DNA of 64,000 nucleotides from Nageia nagi (GCA_050084985.1 JBITNC010000001.1:9300001-9364000); one strand, 5' to 3'. Shown: positions 27,060 through 41,535, counted from the first letter of the stretch. Translations and numbers: made by a program. Notes: generated from the letters alone by a model not told the origin.

Positions 27060-27745
27060 CCAATAACCTTTATTTAGATAAAAAATAATTTCACTTTTCT
27101 CAAGATATGCTTCCGAAAATCAAAATCAAACATGCTTGCATTAAATTAAGGATTAAAATTATCAAATAATCCTCCTTGGTGATAAGGTTGTCCATAAAGT
27201 CAATATGGTAAGCAATTGTCAACTTTGCCTATGATAGTTTGGGACAAGAGACATCAACCCTTAAAAATAAAAGGGACCCAAATGAAAGCTAGGAAGATCT
27301 TAGGGAAAAAAGAGTATGAGGAAAGAATAATTATTCACCCTTAGCAAATATAAAAACTAAATTCACTTTTTTCAAGACATGCTTCCTAAAATAAGAATAC
27401 AAATTGCTTGCATTAAATCAAGGATTAGCTTTCCTCTTATCATACTCCTTAATGATAAGATGATCTATATAGTTAACATGGTAAGCAATTTTCAAATTTG
27501 CCCATGATAGTTTGGCACAAGAGGTGTCAACCCTAAAAAATGGAAGGGTACCATATAAAAGCCAAGAAGAGCATGAAGAAATAATATTTCTTAAAAATAT
27601 AATCCCTTAAAAAACATAAAAATTAAAATAACTTTTCTCAAGATATGCTTCCTAAAATAGGAATAGAACTTTCTTGAAGTAAATTTATGATTAGCTTTCT
27701 CAAATCATCCTTTTCGATGATAAGATGACCTATATAGTTGATATT
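27060..27745. repeat. Diverged tandem repeat, about 270-bp unit, about 2.4 copies; third copy cut by the CACTA terminus
   Basis: TCAAGAYATGCTTCC.AAAAT recurs at about 27100, 27371 and 27638. ATGGTAAGCAATT.TCAA.TTTGCC.ATGATAGTTTGG is in copies 1 and 2 only. Confidence 0.85.
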
Positions 27746-28080
27746 CACTACACAAAAATTGATATTTAAGGGAATATATTATACCACTCTTAAGGAAATT
27801 TAAAGATAGTATTTCATCCATCGTATATTATGGCATTGTTAAAATTCCCCCACATACTACAATGATTATTTAATTGCTACAATAAATCACCCTCATAAAA
27901 TATACAAAGGCAATTTATAATCCATCCTTGTAAGGTGCTAAAACCACCCTTAAAAGGGCCTATTTGGTTTCCCTTGAGGACCTTTAATGGAGGTGGAATA
28001 ATTTTCCTTTCATAACATATTAGGGTGGTTATAAATTGCCATTTCATGATTAGTTTAAAAAATAATTAAAGTTTTTTGTG
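27746..28080. mobile_element. CACTA (En/Spm) transposon terminus with subterminal repeats
   Basis: CACTACACAAAAA at 27746 abruptly interrupts the tandem repeat. It is followed by direct and inverted short motifs (ACCACTCTTAA, ACCACCCTTAA, TAGGGTGGTT). No complete opposite TIR found. Confidence 0.65.
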
Positions 28081-28551
28081 ACCTTTTCCAATAATCTTCT
28101 AGCATGTGCCACCATGGGAGGTATAGAAAAAGGTATGCACATTTTTCAAATAGTAGTTGAAAATGGATTTTCATCAAATGTTGTGGTTGTGAATGATTTG
28201 ATATAAATGTAGGAAAAATGTGTAAGAATACACAAGGAATGAGAATTATTTGACAAGATGGATGATGCAAATATAGTTTCATGGAATAGAATGATTAAAA
28301 TTATTTAACAAGATAGATGATGCAGACATAGGTGAATAGCATGCAATGATTGGAGGACATGCAACTCATGGATACAACAAGAATTCCCTTAAACTCATTG
28401 ATCTGACAAAGAACTTGGGAACCAATTGTAAATCACATAAGAATGTAGGAATAGGGAATATGCAACAATAATTCTTTTTTTTTTGGAGCTTAAATATGCT
28501 CCATATTATGTTCTTATTTTGAATATTTATGATGAAGTGGGTAACTATAAT
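28081..28551 (+). pseudogene. PLS-class PPR pseudogene, 5' part (PPR motifs + start of E domain)
   Basis: TFSNNLLACATMGGIEKGMHIFQIVVENGFSSNVVVVNDLI*M*EKCVRIHKE*ELFDKMDDANIVSWNRMI; ...HAMIGGHATHGYNKNSLKLI; CKSHKNVGIG..LELKYAPYYVLILNIYDEVGN. Not in the ORF track because of stops. Confidence 0.9.
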
Positions 28552-29255
28552 TATAGGCACCTAAATATGATTTCTTATTAATTAATAAATTATATTATAG
28601 ACATATCAAAAGACTAAATAACAATATTACAAGAATCAAGGTTAATGTGCTATCAAATTGTTACATTGTGTGTTAAGTTAAATGTATAATCATTAACCAT
28701 GATTATATTCAGAAATATATTTATATTACAAAGATTATATTTTATTGCTAAATATTGACCTTCACTCCCTCCTATATCTTTACATGTATAAAAGGAGTTT
28801 GGGTTGACATTAACTATCAAATCTCTCTGATAGGTGGTTTTCCATACATCATACTAAACTAAGAATATTTCTTAATACCACCTATCTGATAATCTATTAT
28901 GCTATGAGCTTTATTTTACATGCTATCATATTCATTATTATGAATACTTGTAAATGAATGACATGTGCGATGTTAGAATACTAAGACTATGATATGCACA
29001 CCATTCTACTTTGAGATCCAATGCTACATATCTGAAGGATATCAAACATAGATATGAGTCATTGAATATCCTTATGAGCTTCATACTAGATCCAATCCAA
29101 TCCTTTACACATAGAATTACATCTTGAGAATCATTTTTATATCAGGTGCAAACTTTCTTGGTGTTAGTCAGGTAGCTTAGATAAGTTTCTTGCATCTATA
29201 ATCATAGTTCTATATTTACTATATTTATTTATTGTAAATCATTATTTATAGGCTA
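28552..29255 (+). mobile_element. Solo LTR (about 0.7 kb; last 2 nt displaced to 56598-56599), Tat/Ogre-like terminus
   Basis: Begins TATAGGCACCTAAATATG (compare TGTAGACACCTAAATATG at 41536); TATAAAAGG at about 28788; ends ...GGCTA|TA. TSD ATAAT at 28547-28551 and 56600-56604. Confidence 0.75.
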
Positions 29256-30444
29256 TATGAAAACCTCAAATCTTCAACACATCAAACAATCAAACCACTC
29301 ATGAGTATTCCAATATTCAAGATATTCAATCCTAAATTTCCTATGTTATGATATAAAAAAATGATACAAAGTTAGGTTTAGAAAATGGTCCTTAGTCTCC
29401 AATGATGCCTATATATTATCAAATTTGAAAAAGGTAATAACAAGGATCAAAGGGGACCTCAAATCACAAGTCCTTTGGACCTTGTGATTGTCCAAAATGA
29501 GGTAGAATCCCAACTCTACAAGGTTATAGATCCCCTCAGTCTATAATCAAATAGATGCTCATAAATATGTCAATGCCTAGGATGCAAATGTACGCTAGAT
29601 TCATTAAATATTGATAATAAATGCTTGAAAAATGATATTTTACAAATGAATATGGTAGATCTATGATAAATTGACAAATGACCTCCAAGATTTGATAAAC
29701 ACAAATGTATGTATAAAGATCCAATTAAATGATAATGTAGATCACAAATTCAAAGCTAATAATAATATATCTAAGCTAATAATGCAATTAAATCAACAAA
29801 GATGTGACAAACCTAGGGTTTGGAACATAAAGGTAAAAACCTAGCCTAAAACCTAGGATGTAATTAGCCTAATAAATGCCTATATGTCACTCAAATTTAA
29901 ATAAAAGGATAAAAGCTTTATTAAACAATGGATTTATCTTCAAATTTGTAAATAACAATGAAAGAACACATTAATATCTTAAACAAACCCCAAATGGTCA
30001 AAGAGTACCTCAATCCATTTATGATGGAGAAGTGTGCTCAAGGATTGAAGAGTAATGTTCTTGATTTGATGTATCCTTCATAATGATCTCACAAAGCTCT
30101 AGTATAGGTGTTGGAAAGTGTAGAGGTCACAGAGTTTGTATGTGTCAAAGTGCAACAATTGAAGAAGAAGCTTGAAATATGTGCCAATTGAATTTTATAA
30201 TACTTATTCAAAATTATCCTGATGACTGTGATGTCTGTAGGGTCATCTGGGCAATTGATAAGTCATCCAAGTGACTATAACCAAAGGGTATTAGCAAAAT
30301 AAAAGGCCTAGATTGAATCAAATAGTCTAATCAAAGGACCTATGAAATACAAGTTAGTCCAACATGATAATGTAGTACATGAGATATGTCAAAATGTCTA
30401 TATAACCCTATTAATGAGGAAAGATGCATTTTAGGGTGTTTAGA
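29256..30444 (-). repeat. 3' LTR of the Tat/Ogre element
   Basis: About 1.19 kb, roughly 91-92% identical to 55385-56592 by eye over the first ~480 bp. Adjacent PPT AAAAAGGGGCAAT on the minus strand (30445-30457). Confidence 0.93.
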
Positions 30445-30556
30445 ATTGCCCCTTTTTATGCTGAGCTTCGAACTTGTGAGAAGCTTAGTACAAAAATATG
30501 TGAAATGATAAATGCTAATGATACATGATAAGTGATAACAAAATAATCAAGATAAA

Positions 30557-30720
30557 ATCTAGTTTCAGCACATGATAGGTCATATAAGGTCATCCTAGAT
30601 CACTCAACCCTAATATGATTTTAGCACATGAAAAGCCATATAAGATAGAATCAAGTACCATGAGGATCCAATGAAGTCTAGTTTCGGCACATGACAGGCT
30701 ATATAAGATAGAATTGGATC
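30557..30720. repeat. About 60-bp tandem repeat x3 in the 3' UTR of the Tat/Ogre element
   Basis: TTT(C/T)(A/G)GCACATGA.AG..ATATAAG at about 30564, 30619 and 30682. Confidence 0.7.
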
Positions 30721-33649
30721 TCATGATCATGGACCTATGATAAAATCTAAGAAATGGATCAAGTGATAATTAAACAATAAAGAAAAAATTTAATTTAATG
30801 TAATTTAAGTACCAAAAGGGAAATGATATCTATTTAAACCCTATAGTTGAAGGGCATGATCTCTGCTTTTTCCCAACAGTCAAAGGGTGTTTGACTCTAC
30901 TTTTCCCCAACAGTCAAAGGAGAGAGTAGCTTGACATGGTGCAAATAGAGGGATACGGGGAGACTAGCATTCCTCCTAGTAGGTGATAGAGGATAGGGGA
31001 CCCTTCTCCTTATAAGTGGAGGATTTTGACAAGACCAAACCAATTTTGGCACTATAGTGCACAAAAGACTATGTACATGTATATTGATAGAGATTGATGT
31101 ATAGACATTTATTGATACATGTATACTAGACAATTATGACATTGTGCATTGTACATTGATGTTGATATATGCATATATTGTGATGGATGTTGCTATATGG
31201 ACTATGCCTAGACTTGATGTATATGGATGTACTTATTTGACACTTGACTATGATATATGAGACCTATTTTTACTACATTGTGCATGTTTAATTATGTTAT
31301 GAATGTGATGCATACATTTAATTATATGTTTTAATGGATGAATGAAACAATGTTTACATGTGAAAAGACCAGAATGAACCCTAAAATGAAGACTTAAATG
31401 AACTTGAAATGAATCTAAAAGGAACCTTAAAATGAAGACTTAAAGGAACCCTAAAGATACATAAATAAGACTTAAAAGAAACATAAAATCAACCTAAAAG
31501 AAAGATTTAAATGGACTTGTATGGTTAATCACACCATATGGAAACAAATGTGTATGCTTAACCATAAAAGGATGAATAGAATGACAAACACAAAAATAAT
31601 CTTTAAATAACAAATAATGATAAGTAATAAGACAATGAAAAAATACCCAAGGTGGCAAAAATGAAACAAATTGACAAACATTAAGAAAACTTAAAAGACA
31701 TGCAATAAATATGTAAAATAAAAAATGATCATGAAAATGATACAAAATCAAGAAAAAAAAGCCAACATGCTACATAAATGCTATTGAAATTGTGCCATAA
31801 AAGTGCATGAAATGAGGCAAGAGGAAGGCAAAAAGACTCCCATGATATACTTGATTGATGCAGATTACAATAAACTCAATAATAAATATAGTCACGACAC
31901 TGCCAAAATGAGCTAAAATGGAAACAAAGAAAAAATGACACTTTGGAAAAAGTGAAAAATTACAAAATTTGACAAAACACCATAAATGACCATATTAACA
32001 ATTTGACAAACAATCTTGAGAATATGATACATAGTTGTTTGATCTAAATGCAAGATCAAATGGTTAAAAAAATGGAGGTTGTTTGACCTATTTTTGAAAC
32101 CAAAATAAAAGGCTATTTAGACTACATGATAACCTTTTTAGTGTTGACTAAAAGTCTATCATTATGAGTAACCCCAAAAATGGCATGTAAGAATGGATCA
32201 AACGATGAGAATGGATTATGAAACTTGGCATGACGATCGCATTTACATCAATGAAGGTCCAAAAAAATATAGATATAAAAATAGACATCATTTGATACTT
32301 CAAAATGAAAAATCAAATAGCCAATTTTTTCAAGGGTTGAATTATAGGATCTTTGTCCTTGAAACAAAATAGGCGACAAAATGGTAACGAAATGATTCTA
32401 AGTGGAACGATAGGACATGATAGGCCATAATGAGATAAAATATAAGCGCATTACAACCAAGAATGATAATGTGACCTAGGTATATATGCTAGGGATCCTA
32501 GGAGGATAAGCACAAAGGGATAACTTCAGACATGATGAAATTAGGTAAGATGTGGTCGAAATGAAATTGACTTCCTAGTGATATCGAAACAAGCATAAAA
32601 CTAGTGAAACTAATTGTTCATCAAACTATCAACATTAAATCTAGTTATGAAAGCAAATTTTGACAAGATGACAAATAACAAAACATTACAAAAATGCACA
32701 AAAGGTAGTGAAAGCATAAATAACCATGCATAGGACTACAAAATCATCATAAAAGGCCCACATCACTGAGTATAAAAATAAGAAAGAAGAGGCCCACATT
32801 GCTGAATTGACACAAGTTCACTAAGGTCAAGTGTCAAAACAAGGTTGTAGGATATTAATCTCAAAAACCATGATAGTATATAGCCTATGATCAATCCCAA
32901 GGGAATGAAGTATCAAAAAATCTGAAATGGTGACTAAGATGCAAGTGGTTGTGTCCTCATCAGGAATTCGCAGATCATGTATGCTAACAAGTGGCCTAAA
33001 TATAGACATGTGAAAATGCCAGAGATGGGATCTTTGCATGAGTATAATACAAAGGACCTGACACAACAATTGATATGAGGAAAATTCAAATGTCAAGATG
33101 AATAATAAAAGCATCAACAAAGCAAACAAGCTATTCCAATTGAGTTTTTTTGGGGCTAACTTCCACACATGTCCAGGATTGTACTTGCTTCATCACAAAA
33201 TGAAGATAATGTCCAACTTCCCCTAACTCAAATGAGGATAAAAATGAGGAATAATTTGATAAATGCAAGATGATATGAACATATAGAAATGATGCAATGG
33301 TACAAGGATTGATATGTGGTAGGGAGATGAGTGATTAGCGATCTCCATGCACCCAAAAAATGTAGGATGACACTAAAAAGTGGAAAACTGACTAAGTATC
33401 AACTCCCAATGACATGATCAAAAGAAAATAAAGCATTGAAACAAAAGAAGTGATACACATACCTGAGTCCAAGGGAATGACTGCATGTATCCAAGCCTTG
33501 ATACCGATAAATGAGTGACTATAAAAAGATAGCATGCTATGATAAATAAAGCCAAGATGATGAAATGAGATGCAAGTGCAAATGAACTAAGCTGACAAAC
33601 AAAAGATAAAAGATAACAATATACAAAGACATAATGTGCAAGGTGAACT

Positions 33650-36600
33650 AAATGTAGAATGGATGAAGATGGAGGATATTAATGGGCTCCATCTCGTCAT
33701 GACCCTCTAGATCTGCCAAATGATAAGCACATGTGCCAAATATCTTCTTGATAATATAAAGCCCTAACTAATTAGGTGCAAACTTATCTTTGAGTGGCCT
33801 CTCAAGATGTGATTGCTACTGATTCTCTTTAAGGACTAAGTCACCAATTTCAAATTCTATAGTTCAAACCTTTTTGTTGTACACACATTTCAACTATTCA
33901 TGATAAACCTTATGGTGTTGGATGGCATTGACTCATTGCTCATCAAAAGGGTTAGGTAGTCTAATTGGGCTTGCCTAGTCTCCTCATCAGGAATGAGGCC
34001 CTATAATTGGAATCTAAGAGATGAAATATCTAACTCAAGAGGCATGACTACTTTGGTACCATAGACTAAGGAGAATAGAGTAGCCCCCATGGCATCCTAA
34101 TACTAGTGTGATAGGCCCATAAGGCATAAGGGAGACATTCATGCTAATTCCTATGATTATTATTGACCATCTTTTTTAATATTGTGATAATGGTTTTGTT
34201 GGATGCTTATGCTTGCCCATTATCCTAGGGGAGTATAATGTCAAGAATGAATGCTGAATGTTATACCCATTGCATAATGACCTAAAATGTTGATTCTTAA
34301 AGGGTAGCCCATTATATGATATAATTTTATGTGGTATGCAAAAATGATAAATGATATGAGTGTCTATAAAATTAGCAATCTTGGGACAAGTAGTAGAGAC
34401 CAAGGGCTTTGCCTAGACCCACTTAGTAAAGTACTCATTTGTAATGATGATAAACTTATGTCTACCTAAATATGGGGGTAAAAATTATCTTATAAGATCA
34501 AAACCCCATTGAGAAAAAGGCCATAGAGATTGAATAGGGTTGAGTGCCTAAGCAAGAAGATGTTGTAAATGAGAAAGTTGCTAACACTTGACATATTTTT
34601 TGATGTACTCCTGATAATATTTCTCCATGGTTGGCCAATAATATCCCTTTTGAAGGATGCATTTGGCAATGACCATTCCATTGAAGTGCTCACCACAAAT
34701 TCCATCATGACAATTTTGTATTGCTATTTATTGATCACAAAGCTCTAGACATCAAAGGGGGATACCATCATAGGATCACTTATAGACTATATCTCCTAGT
34801 ATGGCATACTATAAAGTTTTTTTCTTAAATATTCTTTTCTCATTGGCTAAAAACTTGGGTGGCATGGCATTCCACTTAAGATATTCATGTAATTTCTTGT
34901 ACCATAAATCATGATGCTCAATGATAATCTCATTAATAGAAGCTGACGATAATCCCTAAGGTAAAGGTAACTTGAGTGTAGACTCCTTTAAATTCACAAT
35001 CTCCATATGCTAAATATGGTTGTAAGGATTAGGAGGGATAAGAGATCCTAAAGAGGCCATGGTGTTATAAAACCAATTAGATGAACTCGAGATAGTCTCA
35101 ATCTTATAATCTTTAAAAAACTTCAACAAGCTCAATGCATCATATTTATAAGTCTTCAGGATTTCATTATGAAACTGGTAAATACCCAAGACCTGATTGA
35201 TGATTAACTGAGAGTATCCATAGATAAGTAACCTCTCAAACTTTAACTCTAAGGTAGCTCTAAGACCCAATATAAATGCCTCATACTTAGCATTATTATT
35301 TGTAGATGGGAATTCCAACTTAATAGAATATGAAATGGGGACACCCTAGGGAGTAAAGATAATAACTCTAGCATTGCCCCCTTGTTCATACTTAGATATA
35401 TCAAAATACATAGTCATATCATAGTCCTCCTAAGTGTCAACTATCTTCTCAATCTCATCGATCTTAAAAACATCCTTATCAGGGAGGGTGATCTCAAGAG
35501 GAGTAGTTATTTGAATGGGCACCTCTGCTAACTGATCGATTATGAATTGACCCTTAATGGATTTCTAGTTGATAAAGATAATGTTAAACTTGAACAAGAA
35601 TAAGATCCATTTAGTAGTTCATGTATTGTGATAAAATTTGCTCATCATATGCTTCAATGGATTGGCCTTAAAAATGACATAAGTAGTATGGTTTAGCATG
35701 TAATATCTCAACTTCTTATCCCCAAAGATAAGACAGAGGCAAACTTTCTCAATATATACATAGTGAAGCTCCTAGTCAACTAATGTATGATTGAGATAAT
35801 AAATAGCTTATTCCTTGGCTTGATCATTTTTCTATGCAAGCGTGAATCCTAGAGCAAAGTTAGTGGCCGAAAGATACAATTGAAAGGGAATATTATCTCT
35901 AGGTGGAGTAAGCACTATATGTTTGAGAAAATACTATTCTATGTCATTAAAAACCTTTTGAAAACCTTCATTCTAATCAAATATTACTCCCTTCTTAATT
36001 AGTGCATTAAATGGGTGATACTTGTTCAATAGTTGAGCTATGAATCATCTGATAGTCTAAATTTTACCTTGGAGACTCCTTAAAGTTTTGAGATCATGTG
36101 GCAGAGGCATACTGGTAATGGTCATAACTTTCTTAGGATCAACCTTGATGCCTCATTTAGAAATAATAAAACCTAGAAGCTTTCCTAATGTGACACCAAA
36201 TACACACTTCCTAGGATTTACTCTAACATTATGCTTAAGTAGTCACTAGAAGACTTTCTTCAAAACCTCCTAATGTTGACATTTTGTTCTTGAATTGGCC
36301 AATAAATCATCTACATAATCTTCCATGATGTCATGCATAATGTCATGGAAGATGTAGGTCATAGCTCCCTAGTAGTTGGCACCAACATTCTTGAGTCCAA
36401 AGGGTATTACCTTATAGTAATAAGTCTCTCAGGGTCTAGTCAAAGTAGTATGGTGTTGGTCATCTAGGGTGAATCAAATCTAATTATAGCCTAAGAATTC
36501 ATACATGAGAGACAACATCTCATATCCTACCTTGTTGTCAACTAGGGTTTCAATGTTTGGCAAGGGAAAGTCATCTTTAAGGCAAGCAACATTGAGATAT

Positions 36601-39600
36601 CTAAAATATGTACACACTTTAAGGAAACCTTTAGGCTTTTCAAAAGGGATCATATTCAACACCCACTGATGATAATCTATAGCATGAATAAAATTGGCAT
36701 CTATCAACTTTTGAATCTCTTCTTTGATTTGGATAGACTTTGGTGGGATAAATTCTCATAGGCTTTTATTTGATAGGTTTTGCATCTGGTTGAGTAATAA
36801 TATTATGGAAAACAACATTAGGGTTCATACCTAGCATATCAATGTAACCATAAGCAAAAACCTTAACATAATTCTTTAATAGATCAGTACCTTTGGCCCT
36901 TTTTAACTCATCTAAAACATCCCCCAAGTAGACTATCTTAGGGTTCTCAAGATCATCACTGACATTGACCTCAACTAAATTACCAATGTGCATGTGGGAC
37001 CCATCCTCTAACTACTTAAAAATGGGAAGATAAGCATAATCATCTTCATCTAGAATATTGATAAAGAAAGATAAGTTAGATGATTCAACTTCATCAAAGA
37101 AATCAGAAGAAAAAGAGGCATCACATAAACTAAAAGATAAACTTGATAAAGATGAAGAGAGATCCAAAAATAAAGGATTAACAAAAGTATATGAGGAACA
37201 ACCCAAAAAAGGGATGAAAGGTGAGAAACCATCAAAACATAAATAGAAAGGCTATCTAAAGATTCATAGAAAAATTTGCACGAGATGGAGCACTCTAAAA
37301 TGTGAGGACTAGATGGACCAAAATATAATAAGATGTCACGTTCATCATTATGCTCCACCTCCCTTGTTGGAAGATTAATATCAACAAAGTGCTCTTCCAA
37401 ATGATTAAGTTTAGGGCCAAAAAACCCTAGACTGCACTTATCTCAATTAGATTTAAATATAATGGAAAAAGCATGAACCATTCCTAGCTCAAATTTGCCT
37501 AAGCCATACCCTTGCTATTTCCATCTAGCAAAGAGTTTATGCACTAGGTTAGGACATGAAAGATATTCGATCTTGGCACAAAATTTCTCCTTAAGACAAG
37601 GCTTAAGGGGTATGTGCTATATGCATCCACACCAGCATAAATAAAGAAAGATAGGTTTGGGTATAATCCTAGAGAACTAAGAGAATAGGGAGATGGTGAG
37701 AATTCCAAAGGTCTCCCCAAGTCTTTTATAAAAGGAATATTAAAAGGCACATTGTTAATATGATATTCCCCCTTTCTAAAACATTCATAGCTAATAACTT
37801 CAAGAGATGGTGAAATGAACAAACTAATAGGATGTTGGTCAAGAGGATTGGGACCAAGTTGTGAGGAAGAGGGCACATCTTCCTATGAAGTTTCAAAAAC
37901 TAAACATGAGGATGTTACATGAAACTGATTAGGTAGTAGAACACGATGGTATGATGGTTGATCACTCCCAAAAATTGATACAAATTGGATCTACCAATTG
38001 GAGGAAGGTCATGTAGAATCCTTAGGTGACTTACCCTCTCAACACACAAAGGGATCAATGCTTGAGGGATATGAAGAGGATGATTATGAAGAGGAAGTAG
38101 ATAGAATATAAGATAAAGATGAAGATGAAGGTTCTTATGAATGAGAAGAAACCAGATTAGGATGATCATTCATAAGAATTATAATAGGAAATAGATTCCT
38201 ACATGACATCTAAGGAGACTTAGGGGAAAAAGTTGAATTATAGTGACTAAAAGGATTCGAATCGTCTATTATACAATGGACCATTTTGTTTTGTAAATAT
38301 TTTAGACACTTATGCAAAGTCAATAGAACTTCCTCCATATCTTCAATCCATGGTCAACCTAAGAGCAAATTGTACTACATTTCACCCTCAACCACATGGC
38401 ATGTTGTTGTAATTTCTCTAACACCAACTTTTATTAGAATTATGACTATGCCCATTGTAATTTCCAAAGTGTTGTTAAAGGCACTAATAGTAAGAGTAGG
38501 AGCATTTAAGAACTTAATAGGGACCTTTAATCTCTCAAGTTATATGGATAATATAATATTAATGGTTGATCCATTATCTATTAGCACTCATTTTGATGGA
38601 TGAGAATCCACATAGGCAATGATATACAAAGTAGGATGCTTTGGATTATTAGAATCAAAATGTTGGATCTCATCTTGGAAGAAAGTGATGCTAGGTATTC
38701 TAGCTTGACTTCAAGGAGAGTGACTAATTATGCATTTAAAATCTTTTTCAAGACATCCTTAACAAGTTCGGCCAAAGGTGTTCAAGGTTTGTGTGGACCT
38801 TGTTATTGAGGTGTCCTAAGCCTATAGGGATATTGTTGATTAGTTTGCTCATTATTGGAATTAGGTTTTTCCTAATTTGGTGGTTGTGATAGTATATTGG
38901 TCTTGGGTGACCATGGTGGTGCTAATTGAATAATTGAATTTGTTTGAGAAACCTCATGAGATACCTAATTAATTTGGCATTTATAATAAGTACTAGGATT
39001 ATTTCCATTACTGTAGTACTTTTAATTATTTTTCTCTTTCTTCCTTAGCTTAATTTCCCCATCTTGGACTTTGGCCTCCTCTATTAACTTAGCTTGAGAT
39101 AGCACTTCTTCAAAGGTGCAATATTTTTGTATCCTATGAATAGAGGAGAACGGATTATTACATCTTCTTGAGAACAATTTAACTAACTCTTCCTATGGCA
39201 AAGTGTAAGGCATATCTATAATAATGGCTCTCCATCTACATACGTAATATTATATAGACTAGTCCTCAACTATGAGAGTTTGCCTAAGTTTGTAATGGAA
39301 GCTCTCTTACATATATTGATGTCAAAGTGGTCTAAGAATTTATCAGCCAATTGCTCAAAGGAATAAATACTATGCTACTGGAGGTTATTATACCAATCTA
39401 GAGCTTGACCCACCAATGTCATAGGGAATGTCCTAAGCATAAGCACATCATCATTACTAATAATGTAACATGAATACTTGAAATGATGAAGGTGCTCCTT
39501 AAGTTCTTCCTTGCCCTTGAATTTTTCAATCCTAGGTACCTCAAACTTGTATAGAAAGGTCTTATTTGGCATACTAGGATGGATTGGCTCATTACAAATT

Positions 39601-41212
39601 TATGTCTAAGACAACTTTGCTTTCTCATGTTCATTAACTTGAATCTCCATATCCTCCAACCTTTTCAAAATCTTATCATTCACTGTAAGAGATTGAGGAT
39701 TAATTATGGCTTGGAATTGTTGTACTGTACTAATAGGCTAGTCATCAAACTAATCATATGGGTTATACTGATCATCATTTAATGCATCCTATTCCTTTCA
39801 ATATGATGATCCATAGCTAGGTTGTATATCAAAAGTCACCTTAGGTCCAAGGTTTGAAGGATTTCAACCCAAGACCCTTCTAATTAGTGGATATTGCAAT
39901 TCATGATGATTAAACAATTGAGTGGGCCCATGAGAAGAGGCTTGGGAGAGATGAGATGATTCATCATACCTAGAATCAAAAGGGGGTACAGGGGATATAG
40001 GATAGGCATATGCGAGATAAGGATCTATAACTTGATGTGTGTATATCTATTGGGGTGGTGCCACTACATGAGAAGAAGATGAATAATATAGCTATAGTAG
40101 TGGATCAATCAGGCATGAAGAATGCCTATGTCCTAGCTAAAATTTAGGTTGATAACAAAGAATAGGAACACAAGGTATGTTGGGATGAATTGGCTAGAAA
40201 TTGACTTGATTAATTGGCTTATGATCATACATGGGATGAGATGTAAGATGGTAATTGGATTGGTTTGCAAGGTGGGTATCATCATAATAATATCCAACCT
40301 AATCATTAGGAGGATATGAAGGGGTCTTATGATATGTAAGGATATGAGGTTCAAGACTAATGGGATGCAAAGGTGGAGGCCTAGAAGGTCCCCCAAGAGG
40401 TGGACATGAAGGACCCTAAAGAGGTCCAGTGGTGAATGGTCTATGATGTAAAAGGGGATGATTGTGCAACACCCCAGCATATAGGGGTGATACAAGATGT
40501 AATAAAGGCTCCTCATGATATGAAGTATCTGATAGCTCATCGATAATGTATCATGTGACATGATGGAGAGGATGTGACCTAGTATCTGGGAATGATGTGA
40601 CATCCTCTATGTGGCCATCTAACATCTGTCCATCAAATGGATGGACCTTAGTATAAGAGGTATCGATTCCAGGAGGTGGTTGTAGTGATAAATCTCTATC
40701 AATAGGATCTATAAAATAACTTAGGCCTCATGAAAGTTCCTATATAAACCCTAGATCATGGGATCACTCAAAAACATATCATGCGAGGATATGTGACACT
40801 TAGTGGGATGGAGGGGAAGATAGAAAGAACTAGGTCAATGTTTAGGTGCTTGAGAATCATAATCATGATGCTGAATGGGATGAGGATCATCCTAAGAGGG
40901 ATCTAACTAATGGTGGCCTAAAGGTCTCTCTAGAGAAAGGTGGTCATCTATTCTATATAGGCTAGCCCTATGGGGCATCACACGATTGTGACCCTCCTAC
41001 CAAAGGGTAGACTCTAGGAAATAAAACCTTTCTAAAGTCTAGATAAATAAAATATGTGGTGAAGCCTATGTGTGATCATGTGGAGGTGACTAATGTGATG
41101 TAGAATATTGAATATGGGGGATATACAAGTGGGGAAGAGGATATTATTAATTGACTTGAGTAGCTCATTCCTCTTCCTCTCTAGCTCAATGGTGAGATCT
41201 AGTCTCAACCAT
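33650..41212 (-). pseudogene. Tat/Ogre gag-pol, disrupted (Gag, protease, G-patch, RT, RNase H, additional RNase H, integrase)
   Basis: Starts MVETRS (41212). Gag KFEVPRIEKFKGKEELKEHL; PR VLIDNGSTINII (about 38590); G-patch GYGLGKFELG (about 37500); RT DDFPLPNIETLVD, IPFGLKNVGA, MEDYVDDLL; aRH TNNNAKYEAFILGL..GYSQLIINQV; INT IISYNGLPFKN, FAPN*LGLY (GPY/F). Confidence 0.93.
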
Positions 41213-41535
41213 GTGAATAGACCAAGGATTTTTATCCTTGGAAGGTGTACGAGACATGAAAACTAAAGAAGATGAATTCAATAGAATGATGAGGATGGTG
41301 TAGGATGTATCAAACAAGAATTCTAATTTAATCTTAAAAGCATATAATGAAATAATGTGTAAAGTAATAAATTACTTAGCAAGTAGCTTAAAAGTTTGTT
41401 AAAAATCTTGTTTAATATGTATGCAATTAACACTAAAGAGCCTAAATGATCACTTCAAAATAATTCTAAATGAAAAGAAGTAATAGTGAGAGATAGCAAT
41501 GGTACTTATCTTATTTAATTATTTCTTATTCAACT

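Noticed and set aside
28071-28080. GTTTTTTGTG as the right-hand CACTA TIR
   Set aside because: It lacks the terminal TAGTG and a TSD, and the interrupted tandem repeat does not resume after it.
37058-37246. Lys/Glu-rich plus-strand ORF
   Set aside because: Antisense shadow of the Ser/Leu-rich spacer of the minus-strand pol.
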